Assembly (NCBI GenBank): GCA_964545075.1
Contig: CAZJFS010000003.1
Location: forward strand, 18,661 to 82,660
Reading direction: 5' to 3'
Source: an uncultured bacterium
GTDB taxonomy: Bacteria; Muiribacteriota; UBA9980
Length of the DNA stretch: 64,000 bases
Position numbers and translations under genes: made by a program. Under the pieces are notes generated by a model. The model made no database searches and had not been told where the DNA came from. It was given only the letters and a program-made list of their open reading frames with translations. Position 1 is the first letter of the stretch; every line of letters starts with the position of its first letter. Of the stretch, positions 39,345 through 48,306 are shown one piece after another.

Positions 39345-40460
39345 ATGAATAAATTTACTCATCCTAAAAACGAGTCGGAAGAAGCTGCCATGATGAATGC
39401 TGAAGAATTCAAGCTGGACTGCTATTTTTTGAGTGAAAACAACCTTATGTGGCTTAAAGGCGATCTTTCGAGCCTTGAAGAACAATTCATCGAAATCATA
39501 AATAACGTCCCCGCGTATAAGCCTACAATATTCGAGTTGTGTAATATATATCAGGCGCGGGGCGAGCGTGACAAGCTTCGACAGATGATAGATTATGCGT
39601 TAAAACGGTTTCCGGACGACGTGATGTTTCTTGTAATGGACGCCCTATGGCGTTTTGGCGCCAACGAGGTCGCCGCCGCGCTCGCGATACTTGAAAAACT
39701 GGCGGTTAAAGTGAACGCGCCGATCGTGATGAAGACCCTCGGCGATATCTATATGGCTCAGAAAATGATAATTCCGGCTATCGAAGCTTATAAAAAATGC
39801 GTTGAAAAATACGATGGATTTCCGGAAGTACATCTGGAACTTGTCAGGCTCTATTATCAAGCCGCCGATTTTTTAAACGTCATACTTGAATTGAAGCATA
39901 TCCCCGAAGATCAGAAGACCCTCGAACTTAAAAAGATCGAAGGCGTCTGCGATTATTACCGTGAAGACTACAAAGCCGCGCTGGCTGTATTCACGGACAT
40001 TTTAAAACACCATCCGAACGATATTTTTTCGCTGCTTTACGCGGGTGATATATGCCTGAGGTTCGAGAAAAATTACAAAGCCGAATTTTACTGGGAGAGC
40101 GCTTTGAAACTTACGCCTGAAACGCTGGAGGACCGCGCCTGTCTTGCGAAAATCCATCTTTTTACGAACGATTACGAACAGGCTGTAAAACTCGCCGATA
40201 TAAACATACGGCAGGTGCCGGATCATTATGTTTCGCTGTTCATTCTCGGGCTTATCGCGGTCTGCGAGGATAAATTTCACTCGGCGGCGGTTAACTGGAA
40301 TATCGTTTACACGAAAAAACCTGAAATATTTGATTTCGAATTCGAACTTATAAAAAAGAGCCTCAAGGACAACAAGATAAAAGAGTTTATTTATAAGGTT
40401 AACGAGCCTGAATATAAAGACATGTGCGAGCGCATAAAGGTGAGATGTGATATAAAATGA
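39345..40460 (+). CDS. TPR-repeat protein
   Basis: Multiple TPR-like helical pairs are present. Confidence 0.6.
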   Translation: MNKFTHPKNESEEAAMMNAEEFKLDCYFLSENNLMWLKGDLSSLEEQFIEIINNVPAYKPTIFELCNIYQARGERDKLRQMIDYALKRFPDDVMFLVMDALWRFGANEVAAALAILEKLAVKVNAPIVMKTLGDIYMAQKMIIPAIEAYKKCVEKYDGFPEVHLELVRLYYQAADFLNVILELKHIPEDQKTLELKKIEGVCDYYREDYKAALAVFTDILKHHPNDIFSLLYAGDICLRFEKNYKAEFYWESALKLTPETLEDRACLAKIHLFTNDYEQAVKLADINIRQVPDHYVSLFILGLIAVCEDKFHSAAVNWNIVYTKKPEIFDFEFELIKKSLKDNKIKEFIYKVNEPEYKDMCERIKVRCDIK

Positions 40461-41290
40461 ACACAGCCGTCGTTCAAATGAACATAAATATAAGCCGGCC
40501 TGAAGATAATCTCGCGGCCGGCCTGGCGTCGATACGCGAAGCCTGCGATTCGGGCGCCCAAATTATCGTGATGCCCGAAATGTGGGTCACCGGGCTTCAT
40601 CCTGATATCGTAAACTCCGCCTTCGTGGAGAAGACTCCCGAGATCATCGAAAAAATATGCTCTATCGCCAGGGAATATGGCTGCATAATAAACGCCGGTT
40701 CGTTTGCCTTTCGCGCCGAAGCCGAAAATTCTGATGACAGGCGCGTATTGAACAGGGCTTATGTGATCGACGGTGAAGGCCGCGTTTGCGGAACTTACGA
40801 TAAGATCCAGGTTTTTACGAAAAATAATGAGGACGCATATTCGAAACCCGGTTCTTTGGTTTCGGTTATCGACGCCGGCGGAATAAAAATAGCTCCATTT
40901 ATCTGTTTTGACATAAGATTTCCTGAACTTTTCAGGGTGGCGGCTCTGAACGGAGCCGAACTGATAACCGTTTCATCCCAGTTCCCGGCGTCCCGCATAA
41001 ATCACTGGAATGCGATACTTCCGGCCAGGGCCGTTGAAAACCAGTGCTATGTTCTGGCGTCTAACGTTTGCGGCAATGACGGCCTGCTTGCGCTGGGCGG
41101 AAATTCCATGGCTGTTTCGTATGACGGCGAAGTGCTCAATAATTGCCTGGCCGGTGAGGGAATCGGTTTCGCTGATATCGATCTGGAACGCATGCGCGCG
41201 TATCGCTCGAAATTTCCTTTTATTTCCGAAGCCGCGCTCGGGGGCAGGCTCGCGCCTTTAATAAGCGGCGTGCGGCCGTCCGGCGTTTGA
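40457..41290 (+). CDS. Carbon-nitrogen hydrolase (nitrilase superfamily) protein
   Basis: The segment VVQMNI…IVMPEMW contains the catalytic Glu. The motif ICFDIRFPE contains the catalytic Cys. The start overlaps the TPR gene. Confidence 0.75.
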   Translation: MNTAVVQMNINISRPEDNLAAGLASIREACDSGAQIIVMPEMWVTGLHPDIVNSAFVEKTPEIIEKICSIAREYGCIINAGSFAFRAEAENSDDRRVLNRAYVIDGEGRVCGTYDKIQVFTKNNEDAYSKPGSLVSVIDAGGIKIAPFICFDIRFPELFRVAALNGAELITVSSQFPASRINHWNAILPARAVENQCYVLASNVCGNDGLLALGGNSMAVSYDGEVLNNCLAGEGIGFADIDLERMRAYRSKFPFISEAALGGRLAPLISGVRPSGV

Positions 41291-41300
41291 GCGAAAATAT

Positions 41301-42353
41301 ATGCAGCTTTCAGTTGTTTTAGCCATACCGCCCTCTATAGCATGTCTTTTTACTATATGTCTCGGCTTATTCATTCTGAGCCAGGGCGATCGTTCATATC
41401 TTTACCGTTTCTTCTTTTTCCTTTGCACCGGGCTTTCCATATATAACGCCGGCGTAGCGATGCTTTATCTTTCGGCGGATGCGTCGGCGGCTATGCGCTG
41501 GGCGTCTTTTTCACTGTACGGACTGGTTCTCGTTTTATGTCTGCTTCCACATTTCGCGGCGCTTTTTCTTTCACTATATGAAAAAGCTCACGTGAAATAC
41601 GCCATTTTATTCTTTTACGCTTCCGCCGGAGTTTTTGCCGCCGTAAATTATTATTCTTTACTTATAACCGGCGTGCATCAGACCTCTATCGGGTATGTGG
41701 CGGAAGTTGGCCGCGATTTTTATATTTTTTGCACGGCCCTGGTCATATCGATATTTTATTCATCCTACCTGTTTTTCAAAGTGTACATGGAGGCTTCGGA
41801 CGAGGATGTCCGGGTGAAAATAAGGCATATTTTTTTGGGGATACTGGTTTGCTCAGTTTTCGCCATAGCCGATATGCTGAAAAAGATAAACGGCATTTAC
41901 GTTAATTTTTCTACGCTCGAATACGGCATAATATTTTTCGCGGTCATGACGTCTTACGCGGTAGTCAAGCACCATTCGTTCGAGCTGGAAGTCGCTATGA
42001 GCCGCGGAATACTATATTCGCTTATGATGATATTCGTCGCGCTTTTATTCATAATGATAAGCGTATTTCTGGAACAGATAACCCAGAACTGGCTCGGTTC
42101 GAATTCTTTCCTGGTAAATATCATCAACGCCTTCCTGATAGCCGTGCTGTTCGAACCGATAAAAAACTTCGCGCAGCGGCTTTTAAACCGATATCTTTTC
42201 CCGAAAATAATGAAAATAGCCGGCATTGATGATGAGATAATAATAAATAATCAGGTGATAATCGATTACATAGCCAGAAATAAAATAGGCGAGCTTAAAG
42301 ACCTTAAAGATAAAATAGAGAGGATAATAAAAAATTATGAAGAACCGCGTTAG
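41301..42353 (+). CDS. Polytopic membrane protein resembling a histidine-kinase N-terminal 7TM sensor module, with no output domain
   Basis: It has about 7-8 TM helices and a charged C-terminal tail. No kinase or GGDEF domain is present. Confidence 0.4.
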   Translation: MQLSVVLAIPPSIACLFTICLGLFILSQGDRSYLYRFFFFLCTGLSIYNAGVAMLYLSADASAAMRWASFSLYGLVLVLCLLPHFAALFLSLYEKAHVKYAILFFYASAGVFAAVNYYSLLITGVHQTSIGYVAEVGRDFYIFCTALVISIFYSSYLFFKVYMEASDEDVRVKIRHIFLGILVCSVFAIADMLKKINGIYVNFSTLEYGIIFFAVMTSYAVVKHHSFELEVAMSRGILYSLMMIFVALLFIMISVFLEQITQNWLGSNSFLVNIINAFLIAVLFEPIKNFAQRLLNRYLFPKIMKIAGIDDEIIINNQVIIDYIARNKIGELKDLKDKIERIIKNYEEPR

Positions 42354-42364
42354 ATGTGCCTTCG

Positions 42365-42973
42365 CTATTTCTGACGCAGTTGCTTGATCAGGTTGGCGTT
42401 GTTTATCGCTATGGCGGTAAGATTGGCTATAGTGTCCAGAAGGTTGGCATCGGCTTCGGTAAATGCGCTTCCATCTTTTTTATTTATGACCTGAATGGCG
42501 CCCTTGAATTTGTCGCTTACGAAGAGCGGAACGCATATCATTGATTTCGTCTGAAAATTTATTTTTTCGTCAATGCCCTTGAAATGATTTTTTTCGTTTG
42601 AAACGTTATTTAAAAGCAGCGGTTTTTTATCTTTTTCGACCGCGGAAACTATACCCTGACCGTAAGCGACTTTTATTTTTTCTATTTCGTCCGAAGTGGG
42701 GCCGACGGCAACGGGGCAGTAGAAGAATTCTCTTTTATCGTCAAGAATGAACAGCGAGGCGACCTCGGCATTTACGATGCCGATAAAACGGTTGAGTATT
42801 CGCTGGAATGAGTCTTCGAAAGTGAGGCTTTCATGGAACCCTATACTTAATTCGTATAGCAGGTTCAATTTTTTATTGGATTCCTCAAGCGCGGCCTGTT
42901 TGGGCTTTATCATGTAATGATAGATAAGGAGATAGTAAATTACAAGAGCTACAAGGATTATGACAGCCGGCAT
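42365..42973 (-). CDS. Membrane-anchored GAF-domain protein
   Basis: An N-terminal TM helix and coiled coil are followed by a GAF fold (…AEVASLFILDD…YGQGIVSAV…SMICVPL…GAIQVINKKDG…F). Confidence 0.6.
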   Translation of the reverse strand: MPAVIILVALVIYYLLIYHYMIKPKQAALEESNKKLNLLYELSIGFHESLTFEDSFQRILNRFIGIVNAEVASLFILDDKREFFYCPVAVGPTSDEIEKIKVAYGQGIVSAVEKDKKPLLLNNVSNEKNHFKGIDEKINFQTKSMICVPLFVSDKFKGAIQVINKKDGSAFTEADANLLDTIANLTAIAINNANLIKQLRQK

Positions 42974-43169
42974 ATATATTCCCCCTGTTTAAAGTGTATA
43001 GTTGAGAGCGTATTTTGTCAATAGTGGTGGATTGGCTCGCTTAGCAATCCTTTATAAATAAAAACAGCTAATTATTAAAAATTCCTTTAGCTCAACTCTC
43101 AATTTGTAATGAACTAATTTTACCTGCGCAAAACAATAAATAATCCAAAATATATTATAGCCCGATTTT

Positions 43170-44912
43170 TTAAAAAGGCAAGCGTTCGCATGAAAGATTA
43201 AAATATCCGTTAGAAGTTTTGTTTCGGCCGTATTTCGTGAAATCGATCGGCAGCGCTTTGGGAGTTTCAAGATTCGGCTGCTTTTTTATCTCGATTCCGG
43301 CGAAAAGCGAATAAATTCCGACGGCTATTCCTTCGGCTATCGCGTCCTGATTGTTTTTTAAAAGCATTCTGTCCTTCGAATTCGAAAGATATCCGATTTC
43401 GATAAAGGCGGTTATAGCGTTGGTGAAAAGGGGGATTGCCCAATCGGAAATAAACGGTTCACCGTGTTTTCCGAGTAATTCGTCGGCCTGGGCGTTCGCG
43501 GCGCCATAAAGCGAACTGAAATTATTCATAAGGGAGAGTCTTATAAATCTTATAAGTTCCTGGGACGAGTAGAAATTATCTCCGCCGTATCCTTCCGGAC
43601 CGCCCGATCTTTTATAGCACTCGTAAATCGAATTTTCGCGCATGAAAAAAAGAATGAATGAACTTAGCGGCGAATTGGTATTGTAGCGCCATGTGACCAT
43701 CAGGTACCGAAGTCCGATGAATTTATTCGTGAACGCGCGAAATCCTGTAAAATAGGTGGCGGTGTCTGATATAATTGTTCTGGTATCTATCGTGGAGAGC
43801 TTCTTGAACGTGGCGGTTATGAAGTCGGCGACCTGGCCGTAATTGTTTTCGCGGTTATACGTTTTATTTGGCGATGCTCCAGCGCCGCTGGCCGTTATGA
43901 GATTATTGACGTTTGAAAAAAACTGGAAATGAGGGGCTATGACCGCCGACATTCCGCGTGCGGACTTGCTGGGGCTTGAATTGACGTGAAGGCATACCAC
44001 CAGGTCGGGAGATATCTGGTTTATGTAGGAGATTCTGCCGAGAGCCATTTCAGCCGACGGCGTTTTTCCGTTAAACGATGCTGGACTGTCAAAAAGCCTG
44101 TATTTGTTGTTGATATTCGCAACATTTTTGTCGGGTTCACTGTCATGGCTAAATTTTCGGGTCAGGATGGAATTGATGCGCACGCGCCTTACCGTGGCTC
44201 CCGGATCGTTCATATATTTTTGAAGGATTTTTGCGAAATCTGAAAATCCTTTTTCCGTTTTCGTCAAGGCCAGAAGGGCGTCGACCTTTTTGGCCACCTG
44301 GAGCGTCCATTCATGTTCGTATATGCCGTTGCTTTGAGCGCCGAAATTGTACGGAAGAAGGAAAGTCTTCGAGAATGGGTCCCAGTGATCGCCGGAGTTG
44401 AACCTGGCGGGTTCGTACTTTCCGCCGTGGCCCGGGTCTAAAACTACCGAAAATGAATCCTGCTCGTCCGTTATATTTGGAGTTGCGGAAATTCCGGCGG
44501 TAGAGGCGGATGCCGGAATGGCGGGTTTGGAATATTTGGGCGCAAAATACGTGACGGGATTGACTTTGGGAGCTTCCGGCGCGTAATCAGCTGGTTTCAC
44601 TGTTCGCGGAACGTTTATGACCGGAGCTTTTTTGGCCGGCGGTATGTTTGAGATGGCCGGCGCTGAAGCGGCCGCACCCGCGTTGGCGTCATTTTGAGGA
44701 AGCGTCCCGTTTACGGGTACGGCGGCCGGGGAATCCTTTTTTAAAGGAAACTGAGGCGAAGGATGAGCGCTTTTCATTGCGTTAAGGCGGGCGCGAAGCG
44801 AGTCAATAAGCTCTTTTCTTTCGGAATTGATCTCGGCGCGGCAAAGCTGGGCTATCATAAGAGCTGCCGAAATGCTAAAAACGAGAGTCAAAAAAAATCT
44901 GGATCTTTTCAA
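43170..44912 (-). CDS. Secreted divergent Amidase_3 (N-acetylmuramoyl-L-alanine amidase-like) family protein, paralog A (580 aa)
   Basis: It has a signal peptide and a Pro/Ala-rich linker. The Amidase_3 Zn-ligand motifs VVLDPGHGG, GIYEHEWTLQVAKKV and DLVVCLHVNSS are present. Confidence 0.55.
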   Translation of the reverse strand: MKRSRFFLTLVFSISAALMIAQLCRAEINSERKELIDSLRARLNAMKSAHPSPQFPLKKDSPAAVPVNGTLPQNDANAGAAASAPAISNIPPAKKAPVINVPRTVKPADYAPEAPKVNPVTYFAPKYSKPAIPASASTAGISATPNITDEQDSFSVVLDPGHGGKYEPARFNSGDHWDPFSKTFLLPYNFGAQSNGIYEHEWTLQVAKKVDALLALTKTEKGFSDFAKILQKYMNDPGATVRRVRINSILTRKFSHDSEPDKNVANINNKYRLFDSPASFNGKTPSAEMALGRISYINQISPDLVVCLHVNSSPSKSARGMSAVIAPHFQFFSNVNNLITASGAGASPNKTYNRENNYGQVADFITATFKKLSTIDTRTIISDTATYFTGFRAFTNKFIGLRYLMVTWRYNTNSPLSSFILFFMRENSIYECYKRSGGPEGYGGDNFYSSQELIRFIRLSLMNNFSSLYGAANAQADELLGKHGEPFISDWAIPLFTNAITAFIEIGYLSNSKDRMLLKNNQDAIAEGIAVGIYSLFAGIEIKKQPNLETPKALPIDFTKYGRNKTSNGYFNLSCERLPF

Positions 44913-45028
44913 TTTAAAATTACCTCACAAATTCTGGTTTAATAAAGCTAGCAACGTACTCTATACTTTTTAAAATAAAAGATCAGGTTACAATCTTTTA
45001 TTTTGATTATTTTAACATAAAACTGAAT

Positions 45029-45346
45029 TTATTTCCATATAATATTTATTTTATCGCCGGGCATGAATTCGCCGGACATTACTTCCTGGCGGATAGAAGA
45101 GTTATCGTAAACCGTGTATTTATGATGCCCGCTTGGAAGCGATATCCAGTAACTGGTTTCGGCGAATATCTGCGTTTCGAGCTTTCCGTCTATATAAAGA
45201 AGGACGGTTTCGCTTCCGAGATTAGTAAAGGCCGAACTTGTCGCGGCGTCGCAGTCCTTCTCATCGTTGTCAAGAATACATCCTGAATCAATGAAAAGAA
45301 CAAGAAATAAAAATAGTATCAGTAACAGTTCCGTTTTTCTTAGCAT
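45029..45346 (-). CDS. Small hypothetical lipoprotein (105 aa)
   Basis: The signal carries a DSGC lipobox. It lies between the two amidase-like paralogs. Confidence 0.45.
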   Translation of the reverse strand: MLRKTELLLILFLFLVLFIDSGCILDNDEKDCDAATSSAFTNLGSETVLLYIDGKLETQIFAETSYWISLPSGHHKYTVYDNSSIRQEVMSGEFMPGDKINIIWK

Positions 45347-45368
45347 GCCTTCACTTTATGACATTAAA

Positions 45369-47090
45369 TTACTTCTGTTGTTTTAAAACCGATCTGAAAT
45401 AATCGCCGTATTTGGTCATGTTGATCTTTTGGCCGAGTGGAAATTCCAGGGGTTCCTTAGAATATACCGGCGGTTCGGGTTGGGCCGCTTTCTGAGTTTT
45501 TTTAACGGCGGAAGGTTTCATTTTACTTTTTAATTTATTTAAAAGTATTGAAGTTCTTGGTTTTTCAAAAAAATCGGTCCGCGCCGCCTTCGGCTGTATT
45601 GATTTGCCGTCCGTATTCTGGAGCGAGGCGGCCAGCCGAGGGTTTGTCTTTAGAAGTGCGTCTTTGGTGTTCGCTATTTTTCTGGGCGTCATGCCGCATA
45701 AAAGCGAATATACCGAAACCGCCATAGATCTTGCGATGACATCTTTTTTATTCACAAGGATATTTCTGTCTTCAGGGTTTTCGAGATATCCGAGTTCTAC
45801 GTAGGCGGTCACCGCGTTTATAAGCTGCGGCAGCGCCCAGTCGGATATGAAAGGACGGCCGTGGTTTCCAAGATATTCGTTCGGGGTTTTTACCGCCGCT
45901 ATTTCGCCGGCGGGTTTAGCGCATTTAGAAGCGTAGTCTTTCCACAGGCCCATGCGGACATATTTCAGAATTTCTTCTGACGCGTAAAAATTGTCGCCTC
46001 CAAATCCAAGCGGCCCGCCGTCGCGGCGCATGGATTCCTCGGCTGAGCGTTCGCGGTGCCAGTATGAATCGGGGTTTTTATAACTTAAAAGGTTGTTGTA
46101 TTCATCGTCTTCCGAGTAACGCCATTGGACCATCTGCCAGCGTTTTCCTATGCTGCCGCGTGTGGCGGTGCGTTTTCCGGTAAAATAGGTGTCACTGTCG
46201 TTTATAAGATCGGAAAGTTTTCCTAAAACCATGTTGTCATAGTAGAACCAGGAAAGAACCCAGAAATAAGTCATGGCTGATCTCATGCCAAGCCTGTCTT
46301 TAATGGTTTTAACGAAGTCGAATACGCGATATCCGGGTATTATTACGGATGCCGGGCCGCGCATGCCGTGATTGGTCGAAGAATTGACATGGACGCATAG
46401 AACCAGTTCGGGCGCTTCCGCATTGATTTTGCTCATTCGGCCGGGGAAAAGGTTTGGCGACGGCTGTTTTTTAGCATTGAAGCTTTCGGGAGAATCAAAT
46501 AGCCGGAAATGTTTGTCCGCATTGTCGTCGCCCTTGTACTTAAGAGATTCATAAGAATCCACGCGGCTCATTTTAACATTGAATTTTATTCGTCTGTATT
46601 CTTCAGGTTTCATTATGCCATATTCGGCCAGAATTCTGGAAAAGTCACGCCATCCTTCGTCGGTGTTGGCTTTTTGAAGTATATCGAACACTTTTGAACA
46701 GATATCTAAGACTATGGCGTGTTCGCATTCTCCATCGTAGGCCGCTCCGAAATTGTAGTTGGTTAAAAACCTTTTGGCTTTTATATCCCAATGGTCGCCT
46801 TTGTTTTGGGAAGCGCGTTCGGAGGTTCCGCCGTGGCCCGGATCTAAAACGATCCTGTATTCTTCGAGATCCGGCGTGCGTCGCGTGTCGTTTTTTGAAG
46901 ACAGATGTTCGCCATTCTGCCCGTCAGGCGAACTATAGTCAAATAGCCGCGCTATAAAATTATTTTTTAATGACATGTTCAATCCCGCCTGCGCCGGTGT
47001 GGAAATCGTCGCGCATATTAAAATGGCGGCTAAGACAGGGTTGAGTTTTATAAGGTTGGCAAAAATTTGACGCAGCTTCAAAAATAACAT
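45369..47090 (-). CDS. Secreted divergent Amidase_3-like family protein, paralog B (573 aa)
   Basis: The motifs IVLDPGHGG, GECEHAIVLDICSKV and ELVLCVHVNSS are present. It is collinear with paralog A, including the shared C-terminal segment ISDWA(I/L)P…GYL(S/E)N. Confidence 0.55.
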   Translation of the reverse strand: MLFLKLRQIFANLIKLNPVLAAILICATISTPAQAGLNMSLKNNFIARLFDYSSPDGQNGEHLSSKNDTRRTPDLEEYRIVLDPGHGGTSERASQNKGDHWDIKAKRFLTNYNFGAAYDGECEHAIVLDICSKVFDILQKANTDEGWRDFSRILAEYGIMKPEEYRRIKFNVKMSRVDSYESLKYKGDDNADKHFRLFDSPESFNAKKQPSPNLFPGRMSKINAEAPELVLCVHVNSSTNHGMRGPASVIIPGYRVFDFVKTIKDRLGMRSAMTYFWVLSWFYYDNMVLGKLSDLINDSDTYFTGKRTATRGSIGKRWQMVQWRYSEDDEYNNLLSYKNPDSYWHRERSAEESMRRDGGPLGFGGDNFYASEEILKYVRMGLWKDYASKCAKPAGEIAAVKTPNEYLGNHGRPFISDWALPQLINAVTAYVELGYLENPEDRNILVNKKDVIARSMAVSVYSLLCGMTPRKIANTKDALLKTNPRLAASLQNTDGKSIQPKAARTDFFEKPRTSILLNKLKSKMKPSAVKKTQKAAQPEPPVYSKEPLEFPLGQKINMTKYGDYFRSVLKQQK

Positions 47091-47257
47091 CCTTTCAAAA
47101 TTTTATTTATTATAAAAAAATACAAAATCATTCGGCATTGACTTCTGTTCATGCCGTTAAATAAAGACCTGATACCTATATCGGAGTAATATCCGAAAAA
47201 TGCAGGAATAAAATAAAAAAATCGGAACAATATCCGAAAAATTCGCGGCTGGAATAA

Positions 47258-47290
47258 AAAATCAGGACCGGCCGTGCGGTCCTGATTTTA
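47258..47290. terminator. Rho-independent terminator downstream of lexA (perfect 8-bp stem CAGGACCG/CGGTCCTG)
   Basis: The sequence is A6-CAGGACCGgccgtgCGGTCCTG-ATTTT. It is flanked by A/T runs on both sides. Confidence 0.65.
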
Positions 47291-47373
47291 AGATAATTTT
47301 TAATTTTAGAAGAATGTTTGGGGTTTCAAAATTAAAAAGTAAAAAAATGCGTGATATGAAATATTTTATCGGA

Positions 47374-48024
47374 TTAAGCCTGTTCCATGAAACGGGCTTT
47401 TCGTTCCATGGTTCGAATGACCGATATGACGCGCCCCAATATTTTGACGTCGTTGACATATATGGGCTGCATTTCACAGTTGGCTGGCTGCAGGCGGATC
47501 CGATCGTGCTCGCGGTAAAATCTTTTGAGCGTCGCCGTTTCGTTTTCAACGAGGGCTACGACGATGTCGCCATTAGCGGCATGGTTTTGTTTTCTGACAA
47601 GGACCATATCGCCGTCGTCGATGAGATCTTCGATCATGCTTTTTCCACGAACTTTCAGGATGAACGCTTCACCGTTTGTGAGAAGCGACCTGGCGACCTG
47701 GATGGTCTCCTGATAGTCTTCGTAAGCGAAAATCGGCTGTCCGGCGGCTATTTCGCCGATGACGGGGACTTCGATCAAATCGTCGCCGTGTGTGTCGGCG
47801 TATTGCCATCTGACGGGTTTTATGGAGCGTGATTTTCCCGAGGATTTTAAGATATGACCCTTTCTTTCAAGTTCCGAAAGGTGATAATGTATGGTTGAAG
47901 TTGATTTCGTTCCGATGAAAGTTCCGATCTCTTTTATGCTTGGGGCGGAGCCTGTGGTTTTCATTTCGGATACTATGAAGTCAAGGATCTGTTTCTGGCG
48001 CTCGGTAAGTTTTTCTATGGTCAT
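47374..48024 (-). CDS. lexA: LexA repressor (SOS regulator, S24 peptidase)
   Basis: The N-terminal wHTH reads LTERQKQILDFI. The Ala-Gly cleavage site reads IAAGQP. The catalytic Ser and Lys lie in …KVRGKSM… and …TLKRF…. The start was set at MTIEKL; the ORF track begins at 48054. Confidence 0.9.
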   Translation of the reverse strand: MTIEKLTERQKQILDFIVSEMKTTGSAPSIKEIGTFIGTKSTSTIHYHLSELERKGHILKSSGKSRSIKPVRWQYADTHGDDLIEVPVIGEIAAGQPIFAYEDYQETIQVARSLLTNGEAFILKVRGKSMIEDLIDDGDMVLVRKQNHAANGDIVVALVENETATLKRFYREHDRIRLQPANCEMQPIYVNDVKILGRVISVIRTMERKARFMEQA

Positions 48025-48057
48025 TATTATTTCACCCCTTGATAAAAAGTACACTCA

Positions 48058-48075
48058 TTCGAAAATATTTTCGAA
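48058..48075. promoter_or_regulatory. Putative LexA operator (perfect 18-bp palindrome TTCGAAAATATTTTCGAA; Cheo-box-like CGAA-N6-TTCG)
   Basis: The perfect palindrome was read from the sequence, 34 bp upstream of the lexA start. It resembles the Gram-positive-type SOS box CGAACnnnnGTTCG. Confidence 0.5.
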
Positions 48076-48156
48076 CGCATAAACTAATTTTATAAAAATT
48101 AGAAAATAAAGTCAAGACTTTTAAAAAAAAACATGAAAATAATGAAATTTATAGGC

Positions 48157-48184
48157 TTGATTTATATTTTAAATATGCTACAAT
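48157..48184 (+). promoter_or_regulatory. Sigma70-like promoter for the radical-SAM array (TTGATT-16bp-TACAAT)
   Basis: TTGATT at 48157-48162 and TACAAT at 48179-48184, about 120 bp upstream of the first radical SAM gene. Confidence 0.45.
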
Positions 48185-48306
48185 ATAAATTAACATAAAC
48201 ACGGGTCTTTATAAATTCACTCAATCATAAAAAGTCAAAGCTTTTTTATTTTAATTTTAGCGTTTTTCCAAATAATAGAACGCAAATTTTAAGACGGGAT
48301 AGTTAT

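Noticed and set aside
43052-43270. A 72-aa minus-strand ORF and partial inverted repeats in the 42974-43169 intergenic region. I considered a small RNA or miniature inverted-repeat element.
   Set aside because: The ORF overlaps the 3' end of the amidase-like gene region, has no RBS and has odd composition. The inverted repeats are imperfect and short. There are no terminal repeats, target-site duplication or transposase to support a mobile element.
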